Origin: Squalus acanthias
Taxonomy: Eukaryota
Direction of reading: 5' to 3'
Assembly (NCBI GenBank): GCA_030390025.1
Contig: CM059425.1
Coordinates: forward strand, 171,680,001 to 171,744,000
Length of the DNA stretch: 64,000 bases
The notes under the pieces are model-generated. The model was not told where the DNA came from. It made no database searches and saw only the letters and a program-made list of their open reading frames with translations. Positions within the stretch are counted from its first letter, which is position 1; each line of letters opens with the position of its first letter. Shown here one piece after another: positions 12,750-25,987 of this stretch. The translations under genes and the position numbers were made by a program.

Positions 12750-14079
12750 CATGGGAACACCATCACATCCAAGTTCCCTTCCAAGTCACACACCATTCTG
12801 ACTTGGACAAACACCACCGTTCCTTCATCATTGCTGGGTCAAATTCTTGGAACTCCCTACCTAACAGCTTTGTGGGAGTACCTTCACCACACGGACTGCA
12901 GCAGTTCATTTTGGCAGACCACCAACCACTTTCTCAAGGGCAACTAGGGATGGGGAATAAATGCCGGCCTTGCCAGTGACGAGAATGAATACAAAAAAAT
13001 ATGTAAGTTAATGATAAATATTACGAACGGTCAAAGTATATCAGTTCCGTGGTAGCATTTGGTCTTTGAACACAATTGCATTCAAACATTTGTAAAACTA
13101 TTTTAAAACTTATTCCAATCATTGTGTGCATAACCCTCCCCCAATAAAGACATTCATGTTTTATCTCAATGACTTTAGCCAGATCCCAAATGGTGTGAGT
13201 TGCACTGAAGCCTTTCAAGGATAGAAAGAAAGGAATTACCTGGCAAAGCCTGGAAACTGTCCTTATATGCCTCCTTGACAAGGGTGGTTGGGCATAAAAT
13301 CTGTCCATGTCCCACCCCAACAGGAATTTAAAGATCTGGTCAAAACGGAGCAAAATCCTGGTAGAACTGGATTCCGACTCATATTCAGGGTGGAAATCAG
13401 ACTTGACACCCTCTCCTGGATGGGTGTCAGCAATTTGGGGCCTCAACCTCAAAAAAGCTAAACCTGGAAATTAGTGTTTATGTTAGGAGAATAAAAAAAC
13501 GTAACCGATTCATGTGACATTCCTCTGTCCCCTATTTCAACATTGGTATTAACCCATTTCTTCTAAATGGATTTATGCGTCCATTGAAACACCACACAGA
13601 GGAAATGTCATAAATACTGTTAAGTGTTAGTACTATACTATCACAAAAGAATAATCTTTTTAAAACAAACAAAGCAATTTAACCAATCATTACTAATACT
13701 ACCACAATATTTGTCCAGGATGGGTACAATTTTTTTCAAAATTTATCCCCAGTAATTTATTTTCTAATAATTTGGCAGGACACTATAATGGGAGTTACCT
13801 ACAACTATGATAATAGATTTCAATCTCAGCAGCTCTATTATAAACACAGATACAAGCAACATTTTATTACTGTTTCCAACACCATTAAATATTTAAGCTC
13901 ACTTTAGAATAATGCTGAAAGCTGATTTTGTCCTACAAAATATAATACCTTGGACTTTCTTTAATGTCTGACTCAATAAGCTCTTGTAAGTTAAAAATAA
14001 ATAAGTATTTGTTCTTTTCTTTCAGTCACGTCATACTTCAGCAGAGATGTAGCTCAAGAAACTGTATATGAGCGTTGTA

Positions 14080-14690
14080 CTTCTGCTACTTACCACCCTC
14101 CTTACCAAGTCAAATCTCGGCCTCCCCCCGATTCCTCCCAGCCCTGAACTCTCACCTCTCTCTAGTTTCTTTCCCATCTCCTTCCAACCCCTGTGCCCTC
14201 TCTGGGTTCATCTCATCCATGAGACCCACTTCATGCTTCCTTGATCACATTTCCAATAAACTCCTGATTACCCAATACAAAAGCAAAATACTGCAGATGC
14301 TGAAAATTTTCTGTTTTTAATGCTGATTACCCAACTTTCCCCACTGGCCACCATGCTAGCTTGCATTGTAAATGGTTCCCTCTCCTCGGGCACTGTCCTC
14401 CCTTCTTTCAAAACTAGCCTCATCACCCACAAGCTCCTGTTTGAATCCTTCCCAACAGCACCAAAAACAGCCCTCACCAAAGTCACAAACAACATTCTGT
14501 GACTGTGATGCATTATACCTCCTCGACCTCTCTGCAGCCTTTGACAGTCGACCACATCATACCAAGCCTTTGTCCAGCTCAGTGGAACTGCCTTGTGTAG
14601 TTCCACTCTTACCTATCCAATCGTAGCCAGAGCATCCCTGTCAATGGCATCCATTCCCAACCCCACACCGTAATCTCGGGAGCCCCCACA
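14080..14690 (+). mobile_element. L2 LINE RT fragment
   Basis: IVNGSLSSGTV, TALTKVTNNIL, LLDLSAAFD. Confidence 0.8.
14276..14322. mobile_element. 47-bp Penelope-tail insertion with 12-bp TSD
   Basis: TSD CTGATTACCCAA at 14264-14275 and 14323-14334. The insert matches the reverse complement of the Penelope tail at 2650-2680. Confidence 0.65.
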
Positions 14691-17383
14691 AAAGCTAACT
14701 GCACAAAACTTAGACCAAAATGGACATTCACTGCACATAAGCCACCAACATGACTAATGTGAGAAATAGGGAAAATTCACACTGCTATAGGGAATGCTCA
14801 AGAGGTTGGGGCTAAGGCACTCAGTGGGGAAGAGGGAAGATATTTGCCACACTGGATGTGGCCCCATTTTGTTATACCTGACCTGACAATGCTCAGAACT
14901 GGAAAAATACTGAATTACGAGCATGGGCATCCCTCGGCTTAATGAGCACAAAAATGTATCCCTTTTCCCTAAAATGACTAAAGATTATAATAGGCAAAAA
15001 ATTAGTTTATTCTCAATAAAATAACATTGGCCATCCAGTCTAAAATTCACAAGTGGGTAAAAAATTTCCATATGTAAGCAGCAATAATTCATACCAGTAT
15101 TTCTGTAAGATGAGAAATATTTTCAGTACGATGTATAAACACTGGCTTCACACCACATATTCCCATTTCAAACACTGAACTTGTCCTGACAGACTATGTT
15201 ACTGCACGAGTTGTAACGAACAGAAAAACTCACTGCATTCCTTGACCTAATTGAAACCAAGAACAACCAAGCAAATTACTATAAACTTAGCCACTTTGCT
15301 TCCAGCACAAGCACATCCAAAACCTATTAAGCCAGGCCATGCTCTGACACTGTGCACACCATTCTGAGAATGAAGACACCCATATCAGGTAGGTAATGGA
15401 TCCTTACTGTAGATACAAGAAGTTATTAAAACTAGCCGATATTCCTACAGCGTGTGGACAACACAGCATGAAAAATAATAAGGGTTTTGCGTATGTCAAT
15501 AATGTGCCTATTTATTTTCTGATTGGTTCCTAACCATGTGACTGATGAGCACAAACCAAAAGTTCTAAGAATCACATTCCACAATAAACACAGAGAACCA
15601 CTGCTGTTCTATGCCAGAAAATGAAAATTCAGGTCAAGTGAAATCGTTATTAAAAAGTTGTAACTGTAAGCTTAACTAAATTGAATACCTGGGCATGTGG
15701 ACAAGACTGTGAATCAGTTTTTTGGCAAGCCAAGTCAGGAGAGTCAGCTACTGAGGCCTACTCAATTTTACTTTTTATTGTCTGTCACAGGAAATATACT
15801 GGTACATCAAATATTTTAACAATTATTTTTCATCAAGTACTTTATGCTAAAGAAACATCCAAATTTGTTAATTAAGAGCATTCGTAACAGGTAGTGTTGC
15901 ACTGCTTCTCATATGATCTGCATCCAGGAATGCTCGCTACTTTCATCCAAATATCCAATGATGCCATACGTCATCAGTCAATTTCAGGAACTGACCAGAT
16001 TCAGAAACCGATTTTTTCCAGTATACAATGGGCAAATTTGTGCTACTCCATGCATTTGTAAACTGTGCACATGTGTGTGTAGGGATACACTTTTAAATAT
16101 ACAGAAGGTGGCGAGAGTGCAACCAAAATGTTATGCTTGCAGTACAGGGAGAGATTAAAACCTGCGTTAAAAGCTACACCAATTTCTCAGTGCAGTCAAT
16201 ATGAAACCAGTGCAAAAATGTTTGTAACATTTGCACATATAACAGAAAAAGGGAAACTGTGTCAAATGTTATTCCATATGGATCATTTTCCACACCATGA
16301 TCAACCCAATCAATCATTGTTCCAGCTAGAAAACATTTCTGCACGTGGGAATTTTTTTTATCAAAGAGCAAGCACACCACAGCTAAGTACTCTGGATGCA
16401 ACAGTTTAACACAGTTTAACTCAGCGTCCGGAACTTGGCAACAGATGAAAGGCAGTCGTCTAAAGTGACTGCAAAGTCCGTGAGAAAAAAATCAGTTGTC
16501 TGATACTTTGTAAGTCACAGATATTTCAGTTTGCATTTAACTCCTCATTTTTGCTTTAAAACTACAGTTTAAAATATAAGAGTGCCCACCGTTAACTTCA
16601 AGGTTACTATGAAAGGCAAGCTGCATTCTGAAAAAGATTGGGCTCACTGTATTTAAGTGGGAACAATTAGCAGTGAGATAGCAGATTTATGAAATATAAG
16701 AAATAATGCATGAGTAGGCACTTTCCGAGACATAGGTCCCTTGGACCCAAAATTCTCCTTAATGGAAACTCCATAAATAACAACTTGCTAACATAATTGT
16801 AGGAGGAGTAGGGTTTGGAATTGTACAATTTCTGAAAATGTTATTTCATTAGCAGGCCATTAATCACAGAGAAAAAGAGGCATTCTCCTGATTTACATTA
16901 AAAGAGGATTGTCATGCCACACAAATACTAAACACAACTGAATTACAATTTCCTCTTCTTCTGCTTGGTAGTTTTTAATTTTTTTTCTTACTTTTCCTTT
17001 CTGCCTCTTTTTTCTCTATCTCTCAGTGCACTCTTTCTTTCCCATTTTTTATTCCTATTTCTGTTTAGATTTCATTTGATTCTAATTCACCCTATTTCCT
17101 TCTCCCTCTTTCACTCTGTTTCTTTCTCTATCCTTTTCTTTCATTGATCAAGGAGATAAGCCATTGGGCACGATGTTCATGAGGTCCTAGATGCGACACT
17201 GACATCACTGCGCCGTTATTGGAACGATGTTCCAGCAATTTGCGGCACAAATGTAGTGTGATGTCAATGGTGAGCATTAAAGTCCAATTAACATCACTCG
17301 CCACCAAATGCACCATTGCAGCTGTGCTGGGGAAAACCTTTACTACCTGGAAATGCCTAGTGAATCTTATAAAGAAGCATAAT

Positions 17384-18478
17384 GGCCTGGAGTTTCCGCT
17401 CGGTTGTGCTGGTTTTTGTTGGCGCAATTCACCCAAAATCGACGTAACCAGCACAAAAGACCGCGGAATTTTATGCGCAAATAACCTTAAGCGTAATTTG
17501 AGTTTCTTTTGTGCTAGTTTAAAAATCACACTAGAAGCTGGCCCCGCCCACAAAACTAGCCACACCCCCCAAGATGAATTAATCACCATTCGGAGTTTCC
17601 GCTAATTGCGCTCATTTGCAGGCCTTCGAGGAGGCTCTAAAAATTAAGCCGGTTCATTTGGGTGCAAGGACACTAATAGGAACATTTTACAGGAAACTTT
17701 CGTTTATCCGGCACCCAAATATCCGGAATTCTCGCTTAACCGGCAAAAATCATCCTCCGAAAACTCCTCTCAAATAACCGGCAATGTTGCCGAGTCGCAG
17801 TCGAGTCTCCGCGAACGCCGAGTGCTCCGAAAAATCCTCTCAAATAACCGGCAATGTTGCCGATCCCGAGTCCACGAACGCCGATTTAGTCAGTAGGGGT
17901 ACTTTTCAAAAGTGCCACTACTCGGCCTCCTGGCGCTGTCGCAAGTCCGAAACATTGCAGTAGCATGAGTAGATTCTCCCGTGCTGCTTGGAGTCTCTTT
18001 GTTAAAAATAGCCTCGGTAGATATAACTCTCTGTTATCCGGTACTTTCGATAAACCGGCACCACGCCGGTCCCGTCGATGCCGGATAAACGAAAGTTTCC
18101 TGTAAAAACTTTTGAATATCATTTTTTTTAAACTTACTAAGAAATTGACTACTGTACCTCAATATAATTAGCAAATGGTTCTATCTATTTTTTTTAAAGT
18201 CATTTAAAATCTGGTTACTCAGTGGATTGACACTGATTAAAAATGCTTTTTTTGTGATAAACCCGTTTTCAGCTTGACTAATTCAACTGTGCCGAGTTAT
18301 CACTCTTAAATATATCAAGGAATATATTTTTAAGGCAATTTTTTACAAAAAATCACATTTTAAAACACTGCCCAATGGCGCTGGTTCATGGCAGGATTTG
18401 TGTTCGGTGAAATGCAAATAAATTTGAGCGGAAATTTGAGAAAAGAAACACTTTTCAAAATGTGCGCAATTTTAGGCC
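17384..18478. mobile_element. PIF/Harbinger-like MITE (hosts a Tigger-type MITE)
   Basis: GGCCTGGAGTTTCC...AATTTTAGGCC imperfect termini and CpG-rich subterminal motifs. No clean TSD. Confidence 0.5.
17690..18102. mobile_element. Tc1/mariner (pogo/Tigger-type) MITE, 413 bp
   Basis: Perfect 24-bp TIRs CAGGAAACTTTCGTTTATCCGGCA, TA TSD, internal ~65-70-bp direct duplication. Confidence 0.9.
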
Positions 18479-18763
18479 CGTGTTGACAAATGCGGCCAGA
18501 TCAGAACCTCTACCCCAATACCTCCATGCACCGTATGAAAACTATGAAGTCTGTAAATTGGCTGTAGCAAATATTACCACCAGTTTCAAACTGTTTCTGG
18601 CAGGAGGACTTCATCAGTTTCAGTTACAAGTCAATACAAAGCTGGCAGCCTTCAAATTGGTATTAACCATCCAGCAAAAAACTGAAAAATGCTACAAAAA
18701 TGCAGTAGGTCTTTCATGAGCTTCAGAGAAAAAACAGGTTGACTTTTCTTTGGAATTGACTAA

Positions 18764-20223
18764 GGGCTGGATTTTGCTGGGGTCAGCGGGCGGGATCGGT
18801 GGCAGGTCGGGTGGGAAAGTGCTTTTTTTGACTGCGGGGTCAACCCGCCGCCACGCGCCTTGACCAAATGTCGGGTCCGTCGGCACTGAGCAGACCTGAC
18901 AGGCAGCGGCGGGGGAGGCAATTCAGGTCATTATGACCTTGTTAACAGAGGATTAATAACAATTTTGGGCTCACCTTTAAAATTTACCAGCTCGCCCATG
19001 GGGTCCACGCTGCTCGGGGATCACGTCAGGTAAGCAGGTCGGGAGTTGAATGGCCATGGAATCATCTCATGACCTGACAGCTGCAAATGTGCTATAAAAG
19101 CTCCCATCTCGCAGCTGTTCACTTTCCAAGCTCAAAAGCTGTTGCTTACTGCATTTGGAAGACAGATTGAGCTTTATGCAGGTTGCAAGTGTTTGGAGCA
19201 AACTCTCTATCCAGTGTCACCTCATTGGAACAACCTCTCTCACCACTGACAGATCGCTTCTGTCATCTCAAGTTCAGCTGCCATGGTTTATATTCTCTCA
19301 CCTTGGTCATCAGAATCTGACCACGATCAGCCACAACACCAGCAGCACCAGGCACACCAGCAGCACCATCAACACCACCAGCACCAACAACACCACCAAG
19401 CTTCTCTGCAATCACCTGATGCTGCACAGGTCAGAGGGCATCAGCACCCTGTTTGACAGCACATTAACAGATACTTCACATGAACATTGGCTGAAACACA
19501 CAAGTGCCTACCCTTGTGTGTTGTTAGTTGATATGATTGCACCAGGACGAGGGTGAGTGTGAGGGGTGGCTAGTGAGATGGGGAAATGATAATGTAGATA
19601 GAGAGGGATGGGTGGAGGTGCAAGGTAAATTGGTGTGAGTAAGGATGTGCAGGAGTAGGGTAGGGAAGGCAAAGTGATGGGGATGTGATGAGTGGCACAG
19701 CAGGATGAGGTTGAGTGTGACTTTGCAGTAACGATTCGTGATCTACTGTGATCATTGAAAGGTTTGCGCCACTGCAGCCTGGTCCTCCAAACAACATCCC
19801 TGCTTGTGTCCTCCTGTGCAATGTGCAACCAGGCTGCGTTGGTCTCCTGGGGAGTCTCTTCTGCCCATTGGAAGGGAAGAGGACCTCCCTGTGTACTGTG
19901 ACTCGCTCCATAAGCATATGGAGGGAGTCATGGGAGAGCCTGGGTGCAGCCGTGCACATCTGTGCAGTGCTCGTTAGTGTTTGCAGCACCTCAATGCTGT
20001 AGAACACTGACAGCACAAATGTCAAAGTAAATTTGCGCATGGTCCCTTTAAGGAAACCAGCTGATGACGCATCATCAAATGACATCATCAGACCCGCTTC
20101 CTTCAATTGGCCGGGAAACTTGCTGGGCGGGCTTAACAAGCCCCATTGGGGAAAGTCATGTTGAAGGTCAGGATGGAGCCAGTAGCGGGGCCGTGACCCG
20201 CCGAGGTAGGGAAAATTACGGCC
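18764..20223. mobile_element. PIF/Harbinger internal-deletion derivative with Myb/SANT remnant
   Basis: TAA TSD and GGCTGGATTTT...AAAATTACGGCC termini. Minus strand ~19730-19960 encodes APRLSHDSLHMLMERV..REVLFP / AAWLHIAQED..RTRLQWRKPFND. Left ~620 bp is homologous to 55429-56055. Confidence 0.8.
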
Positions 20224-22264
20224 TAAGGGTCTTCTACACCTGAAACCTTAACCTGGCTTTTCTCTGGACCTGTTTCTTTTTATTTCTGGCATTTTCAGTT
20301 TTAGTGCAAAATTTTTAGAATCTGGTGGGTTTTAAAACATACTACCTAGTGTTTGTTAATGAACATAATAGCCGTCATTAGGTAAGTATGTTGATGGTGC
20401 ATGTGAAAGGCTGGATTGTTCACAATGTGGCCCATAATAAAACTGCAGTGAAAATCCAGTCAATGTGAGTATTACACAACATGGACGAGACTGTGACACA
20501 GGGATCCAGGACAGCAATAAGCACTTCAGTTTGTACAAACTCCTTTTTAAAAAAAAATTTGACTGATCAAATAAACAAGGATCCAAAAAGAAACTAAAAT
20601 CTACAAAGAAGATTAGCAAATTCTCGTACCTCAGAAAAAAAACTATAATTGCCAAGACAGCTTAGTCATACCCTTAGAGTTCTAAAACCAGGTGTCTTGC
20701 TGCTTACGTTTTTGTACACTAACATATTTGTCTTGTATCATTGCTGTTGTCTCAAATGTGTGTGCACAGTAATGTATATTTAATAAATTATTTCTACCAG
20801 AGGTCTTTGTAGTGGAGTTGGAAAGCAGAAAAGTAAATGTTTCAAGTAGCATTATTTAAAAAAATTTTGGTCTTAATTTCAAATTTTCTTTCCATCCATT
20901 TCCTTGTTTTTGACATGAGGACTTGCTATCAATTTCACGTCAGTTGGACATGCTGTTCTTTAACTGACTGGTAGAAGGTGTAGGGTGGTGTAAATTACTC
21001 AAATGGAGGGAAAGTCCAAATGGGGCACATTTTGTTCAAAGCCCCCCACCATTTTATGGAACATAATAGACTGAGGAGAGTTTTTGATTGCAGGTTTTTA
21101 AAAAATTGCCAGTGTTCTTATCACCGTGGAAATACTCAAGTTGGATCTCCCACCTTGCTAAGCCACTCACTAGTCACTGATGGGGACCATCAGCAGCTCC
21201 ATAGGAAACAGCACAGGGTACAACAAAAAGAGAGCCATCCAACATCAGGAAACCATGCAAGAGGTTAAGAAATCTCAAGGAATTCGACAGCACCAGAGCA
21301 ACCTTAAGGCTGGTCTAAGTCACCAATCCCACTATCTACTAAGGAACTGTTGCAGAACATATGAGGGCATTCACCGTCAGTGATGTTAATGGTACGGGCT
21401 ACCAGGAAAGGAGAACAAACAGTTGGTGCTCCCTCCAGATTTGCTTACCCCTTTACATCTACAATTTGCCATCTGTCAGTCTCTGACTGACACCTGCCCA
21501 AGTTCTCCAAGACTAAGACTGAGATCAGTCAAGAATCACTGGACTAGAAGCAGAGTCCTACCATTAACAGAGCACTAACATACCACACACCAAGGGGCAT
21601 TTGTTAGGTTCCTCAAGAATAGTGCTCCGCTGCATCCAATGTTGTAGATCTCTGAGGCTTGTCACAGTTCTGACAGTTCCAGTTTCATTTCAAGCACTTT
21701 AATAACCACTTTGTTGCACACAATCGTTTATATATCCTTTTATTCTACAGTCAGAATTTCATTGTCAGCGAAAATAGGCCATGCACAGTTATTCACTCTT
21801 TGATTTCTCCCTTCCTGTACTGACACATCTAGCATGTTTTGAATCTGTAGTCCAGAATGATCTGAATCATGGTTATTCGCTAACAGTTTGTCGTGGCTCC
21901 ACGTCTATTGATCTCCCTCCATTCAATTATTGTCAGATTGGCTCAGTTGCTAGCACTCAGAATCACTGGCCGGAATTTTCTCAAGGAAGGCAGGTTGTGG
22001 GCGGGGGACCTCCGAGGCAGGCAGGAAATGCGGGAGGCCGGATTTCCCGTAGGCCCTGCTGACTTTAACGGCAGGGCCTGATTCCTGCCCGCAGCCAACC
22101 AGATTGAGAGGCTGGCTGGCTGCGGACGGGTAGGTCTCAGTTGCGGAGAGAGAGCGAGGGGTCAGTCCAGGGGAGGGATCATGCCGGGGTGGGGGGTATG
22201 GTTGGGGAATGGCTGCCTTGGGGATCGCCGGGGGGGGGGGGGGGGGGGGGTGGTGGTGGTGTCA

Positions 22265-22430
22265 GGGAACTGCTGCCTCGGGGTTCGCGGAGGAGGGTCG
22301 GGTAACGGCTGCCTCGGGGTTCGCGGAGGAGGGTCGGGGAACGGCTGCCTCGGGGTTCGCGGAGGAGGGTCGGGGAACTGCTGCCTCGGGATTCGCGGAG
22401 GAGGGTCGGGGAACGGCTGCCTCAGGGATC
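22265..22430. repeat. GC-rich 36-bp minisatellite, ~4.5 copies, inside the MITE
   Basis: Unit ~GGGAACGGCTGCCTCGGGGTTCGCGGAGGAGGGTCG. The spurious ORFs over it show a 12-aa period. Confidence 0.9.
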
Positions 22431-23905
22431 GCGCAAGGGGGGCGGTCAGCGGTTGACCGGAGGATCGGTGATTGGTGGGGGGATGGCTGGAGGATGGGGA
22501 GAGGTCAGCCGGGGATCGGAGGGAATCGGGGATCAGCTGGTGGGTGGGGGTCAGCCGGCTGAATATAAAGTTCAGAGGGGAAGTCAAAAAGGAAATAAGA
22601 GGGGCAAAAGACAGAGTGTGAGAATAGACTGGCAGCTAACATAAAAGGGAATCCAAAAGTCTTCTATAGGCATATAAATAGTAAACGGTTAGTAAGAGGA
22701 GGGGTGGGGCCGATTAGGGACCAAAATGGAGATTTATGACTGGAGGCAGAGGGCATGGCTGAGGTACTAAATGATTACTTTGCATCTGTCTTCACCAAGG
22801 AAGAAGATGCCGCCAAAGTCAGAGTGAAAGAGGAGGTAGTTGAGTTCCTGGATGGGATAAAAATTGAGAAGGAGGAGGTACTAGAAAGGCTGGCTGTACT
22901 TGAAGTAGATAAGTCACCAGGACCGGATGGGATGCATCCTAGGATGCTGACGAACGTAAAGGTGGAAATTGCGGAGGTACTGGCCATAATCTTCTAATCC
23001 TCCTTAGATACGGGGCTGGTGCCAGAGGACTGGAGAATTGCAAATGTTACACCATTGTTCAAAAGAGGGTGTAAGATAAACCCAGCAACTACAGGCTAGT
23101 CAGTTTAACCTCGGTAGTGGGGAAGCTTTTAGAAACGATAATCCGGGACAAAATTAACAGTCACTTGGACAAGTACGGATTAATTAAGGAAAGCCAGCAT
23201 GGATTTGTTAAAGGCAAATCATGTTTAACTAACTTGATTGAGTTTTTTGATGAGGTAGCAGAGAGGGTTGATGATGGCAATGCGGTTAATGTGGTGTACA
23301 TGGACTTCCAAAAGGCGTTTGATAAAGTGCCACATAATAGACTTGCCAGCAAAGTTGAAGCCCATGGAATAAAAGGGACAGTGGCAGCATGGAAATTGGC
23401 GAAGTGACAGGAAAGAGTAGTGGTGAACAGTTTTTTTTCGGACTGGAGAAAGGTATACAATGGTGTTCCCCAGGGGTCGGTACGAGGACCACTGCTTTTC
23501 TTGATATATATTAATGACTTAGACTTGGGTGTACAGGGCACAATTTCAAAATCTGCAGATGACACAAAACTTGGAAGTATAGTGAACAATGAGGAGGATA
23601 GTGATAGACTTCAAGAGGACACAGACAGTCTGGTGGAATGGGCGGACACATGGCAAATGAAATTTAACGCAGAAAAGTGCAAAGTGATTCATTTTGGTAG
23701 GAAGAACGAGGAGAGGCAATAAAAACTAAAGGGTACAATTCTAAAGGGAGTGCATGAACAGAGACCCCTGGGGGTATATGTGCACAAATCATTGAAGATG
23801 GCAGGGCAAGTTGAGAAAGCGGTTAAAAAAGCATACGGGATACTGGGCTTCATAAATAGAGAGGTCGCACAACACCAGGTTATAGTCCAACAGTTTTATT
23901 TGAAA

Positions 23906-23947
23906 TCACAAGCTTTCGGAGCTATCGATCGCCCCTTCCTCAGGTGA
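23906..23947 (-). ncRNA. Minimal type I hammerhead ribozyme (left pseudo-LTR)
   Basis: Reverse complement of 26339-26380. Confidence 0.8.
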
Positions 23948-24279
23948 AGTAGTAAAGAAATACAGACTCGACAAAGCATATATAGATAGAGAACAATGCA
24001 TGTGTACCTTACAATTGCAGACAACTAAATTAAATCATCCTGACTATCTGCCGAGGTGTGATAAAGTTAATCAGGTCAGCCAGGAAGGTACCACATCAAA
24101 GACATAGCAAGATACAACTGAGACAATGAGGTGGAGTCGCAGGGGGTCTAACGTGTCAAAAGCTGCCGTCTGTATGTAAAACGATAAGCTGTAAAATTTT
24201 TACTTTTTTACTGGGAAAATTTTTACTTTTTTACTGGGAATCACATCTGTGAACAAGCCAACGACGACTCGAGTCCGGA

Positions 24280-25987
24280 TCACGTCATGTATCGTGACAT
24301 AAACCCAAGATCCCGGTTGAGACCGTCTTCATGAGTGCGGAACTTGGCTATCAGTTTCTGCTCGATGATTTTGCGCTGTCGTGTGTTCCTAAGGTTGCCT
24401 TGGAGAACGCTTACCCGCAGATCCGAGGCTGAATGTCCTTGACTGCTGAAGTGTTCCCCGACTGGGAGGTAACAATCCTGCCTAGTGATTGTTGCGCGGT
24501 GCTCGTTCATACGTTGTCTCAGTGTCTGCATGGTCTCGCCGATGTACCATGCCGCGGTGCATTCTTTCCTGCAACGTATGAGGTAGACAACGTTGGCCGA
24601 GTCACATGAGTATGTACCATGTACCTGGTGGGTAGTGTCCTCACGTGTGATGGTGGTATCTGTGTTGATGATCTGGCATGTCTTGCAGAGTTTGCCGTGG
24701 CAGGGTTGTGTGGGGTCGTGGTCGCTGTTATCCTGAAAGCTGGGTAATTTGCTGCGAACGATGGTACTTCTGAGGTTAGGCGGCTGTTTGAAGGTAAGTA
24801 GTGGAGGCGTGGGGATGGCCTTAGCGAGGTGTTTGTCGTCATCGATGACATGTTGAAGGCTGCGAAGAACATGGCGTAGTTTCTCCGCTCCGGGGAAGTA
24901 CTGGGCGACGTAGGGTACCCTGTTGGTTGTGTCCCGTGTTTGCCTTCTGAGGAAGTCTATGCGATTTTTCGCTGTGGCCCGTCGATCGATGAGTCGAGCA
25001 TCATATCCCGTTCTTACGAGGGCGTTTTTCAGCGTCCGTAGGTGTCCATCGCGTTCCTCCTCGTCTGAGCAGATCCTGTGTATTCGCAGGGCTTGTCCAT
25101 AGGGGATGGCTTCTTTAACGTGGTTAGGGTGGAAGCTGGAGAAGTGGAGCATCGTGAGGTTGTCCGTGGGCTTGCGGTAGAGTGAAGTGCTGAGGTGTCC
25201 GTCTTTGATGGAGATTCGTGTGTCCAGGAATGAAACCGATTCTGAGGAGTAGTCCATGGTGAGTTTGATGGTGGGATGGAACTTGTTGATGTTATCGTGT
25301 AGTCTTTTCAGTGATCCTTCGCCATGGGTCCAAAGGAAGAAAATGTCGTCGATGTATCTGGTGTACAGTGTTGGCTGGAGGTCCTGTGCAGCGAAGAAGT
25401 CTTGCTCGAACTTGTGCATGAAGATGTTGGCGTATTGGGGTGCGAATTTGGTCCCCATGGCTGTTCCGTGTGTTTGGGTAAAAAAATGCTTGTCGAAGGT
25501 GAAGACATTGTGGTCAAGGATGAAGCGGATGAGTTGTAGGATGGCGTCTGGAGATTGGCTGTTGTTGGTGTTGAGTACTGAGGCTGTCGCAGCGATGCCG
25601 TCATCGTGGGGGATACTGGTGTAGAGTGCCGATACGTCCATCGTGGCGAGGAGTGTTCCTGGTTCAACTGGTCCGTGGGTGCTGAGTTTCTGTAAGAAGT
25701 CTGTAGTGTCGCGACAGAAGCTGGGGGTTCCCTGTACGATGGGTTTCAGAATGCCCTCGACGTATCCAGAGAGGTTCTCACACAGGGTTCCATTGCCTGA
25801 TACGATAGGACGTCCGGGTGTGTTGGCTTTGTGTATCTTTGGGAGGCAGTAGAAGTCTCCCACGCGGGGAGTACGTGGGATGAGAGCGCTTAGGATGTTT
25901 TGAAGGTCTGGATCGAAGGTCTTGATCAGTCTATTGAGTTGGCGGGTGTGTTCTTTGGTCGGATCTGCGGGTAGCTGTCTGTAGTGT
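24280..25987 (-). CDS. Penelope reverse transcriptase + Cys-rich linker + GIY-YIG endonuclease (5'-truncated, no stops)
   Basis: LPKIHK, DVSALYTSIP, GTAMG, RYIDD, PCHGKLCKTC, NVVYLIRC..WYIGET, RMNEH, GLN. The frame stays open upstream of 25863 to the inversion junction. Confidence 0.92.

Larger units (their letters stand above)
8185..12995 (+). mobile_element. Degenerate Jockey-group (RTEX-like) LINE, interrupted by an RTE element and a solo LTR
   Basis: RT motifs across frames: WKITQVCPVYKK, NYRPISLLPIISKVM, GFRQDHS, AAFD*VWHQG, GVPQGSVLGP. Pieces at ~8185-9617, 10628-11138 and 12750-12995 are colinear with the copy at 57193-58430. Clade name is tentative. Confidence 0.85.

Noticed and set aside
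22162..22587. Pro-rich and Gly-rich ORFs
   Set aside because: Translations of a GC-rich minisatellite inside a MITE.
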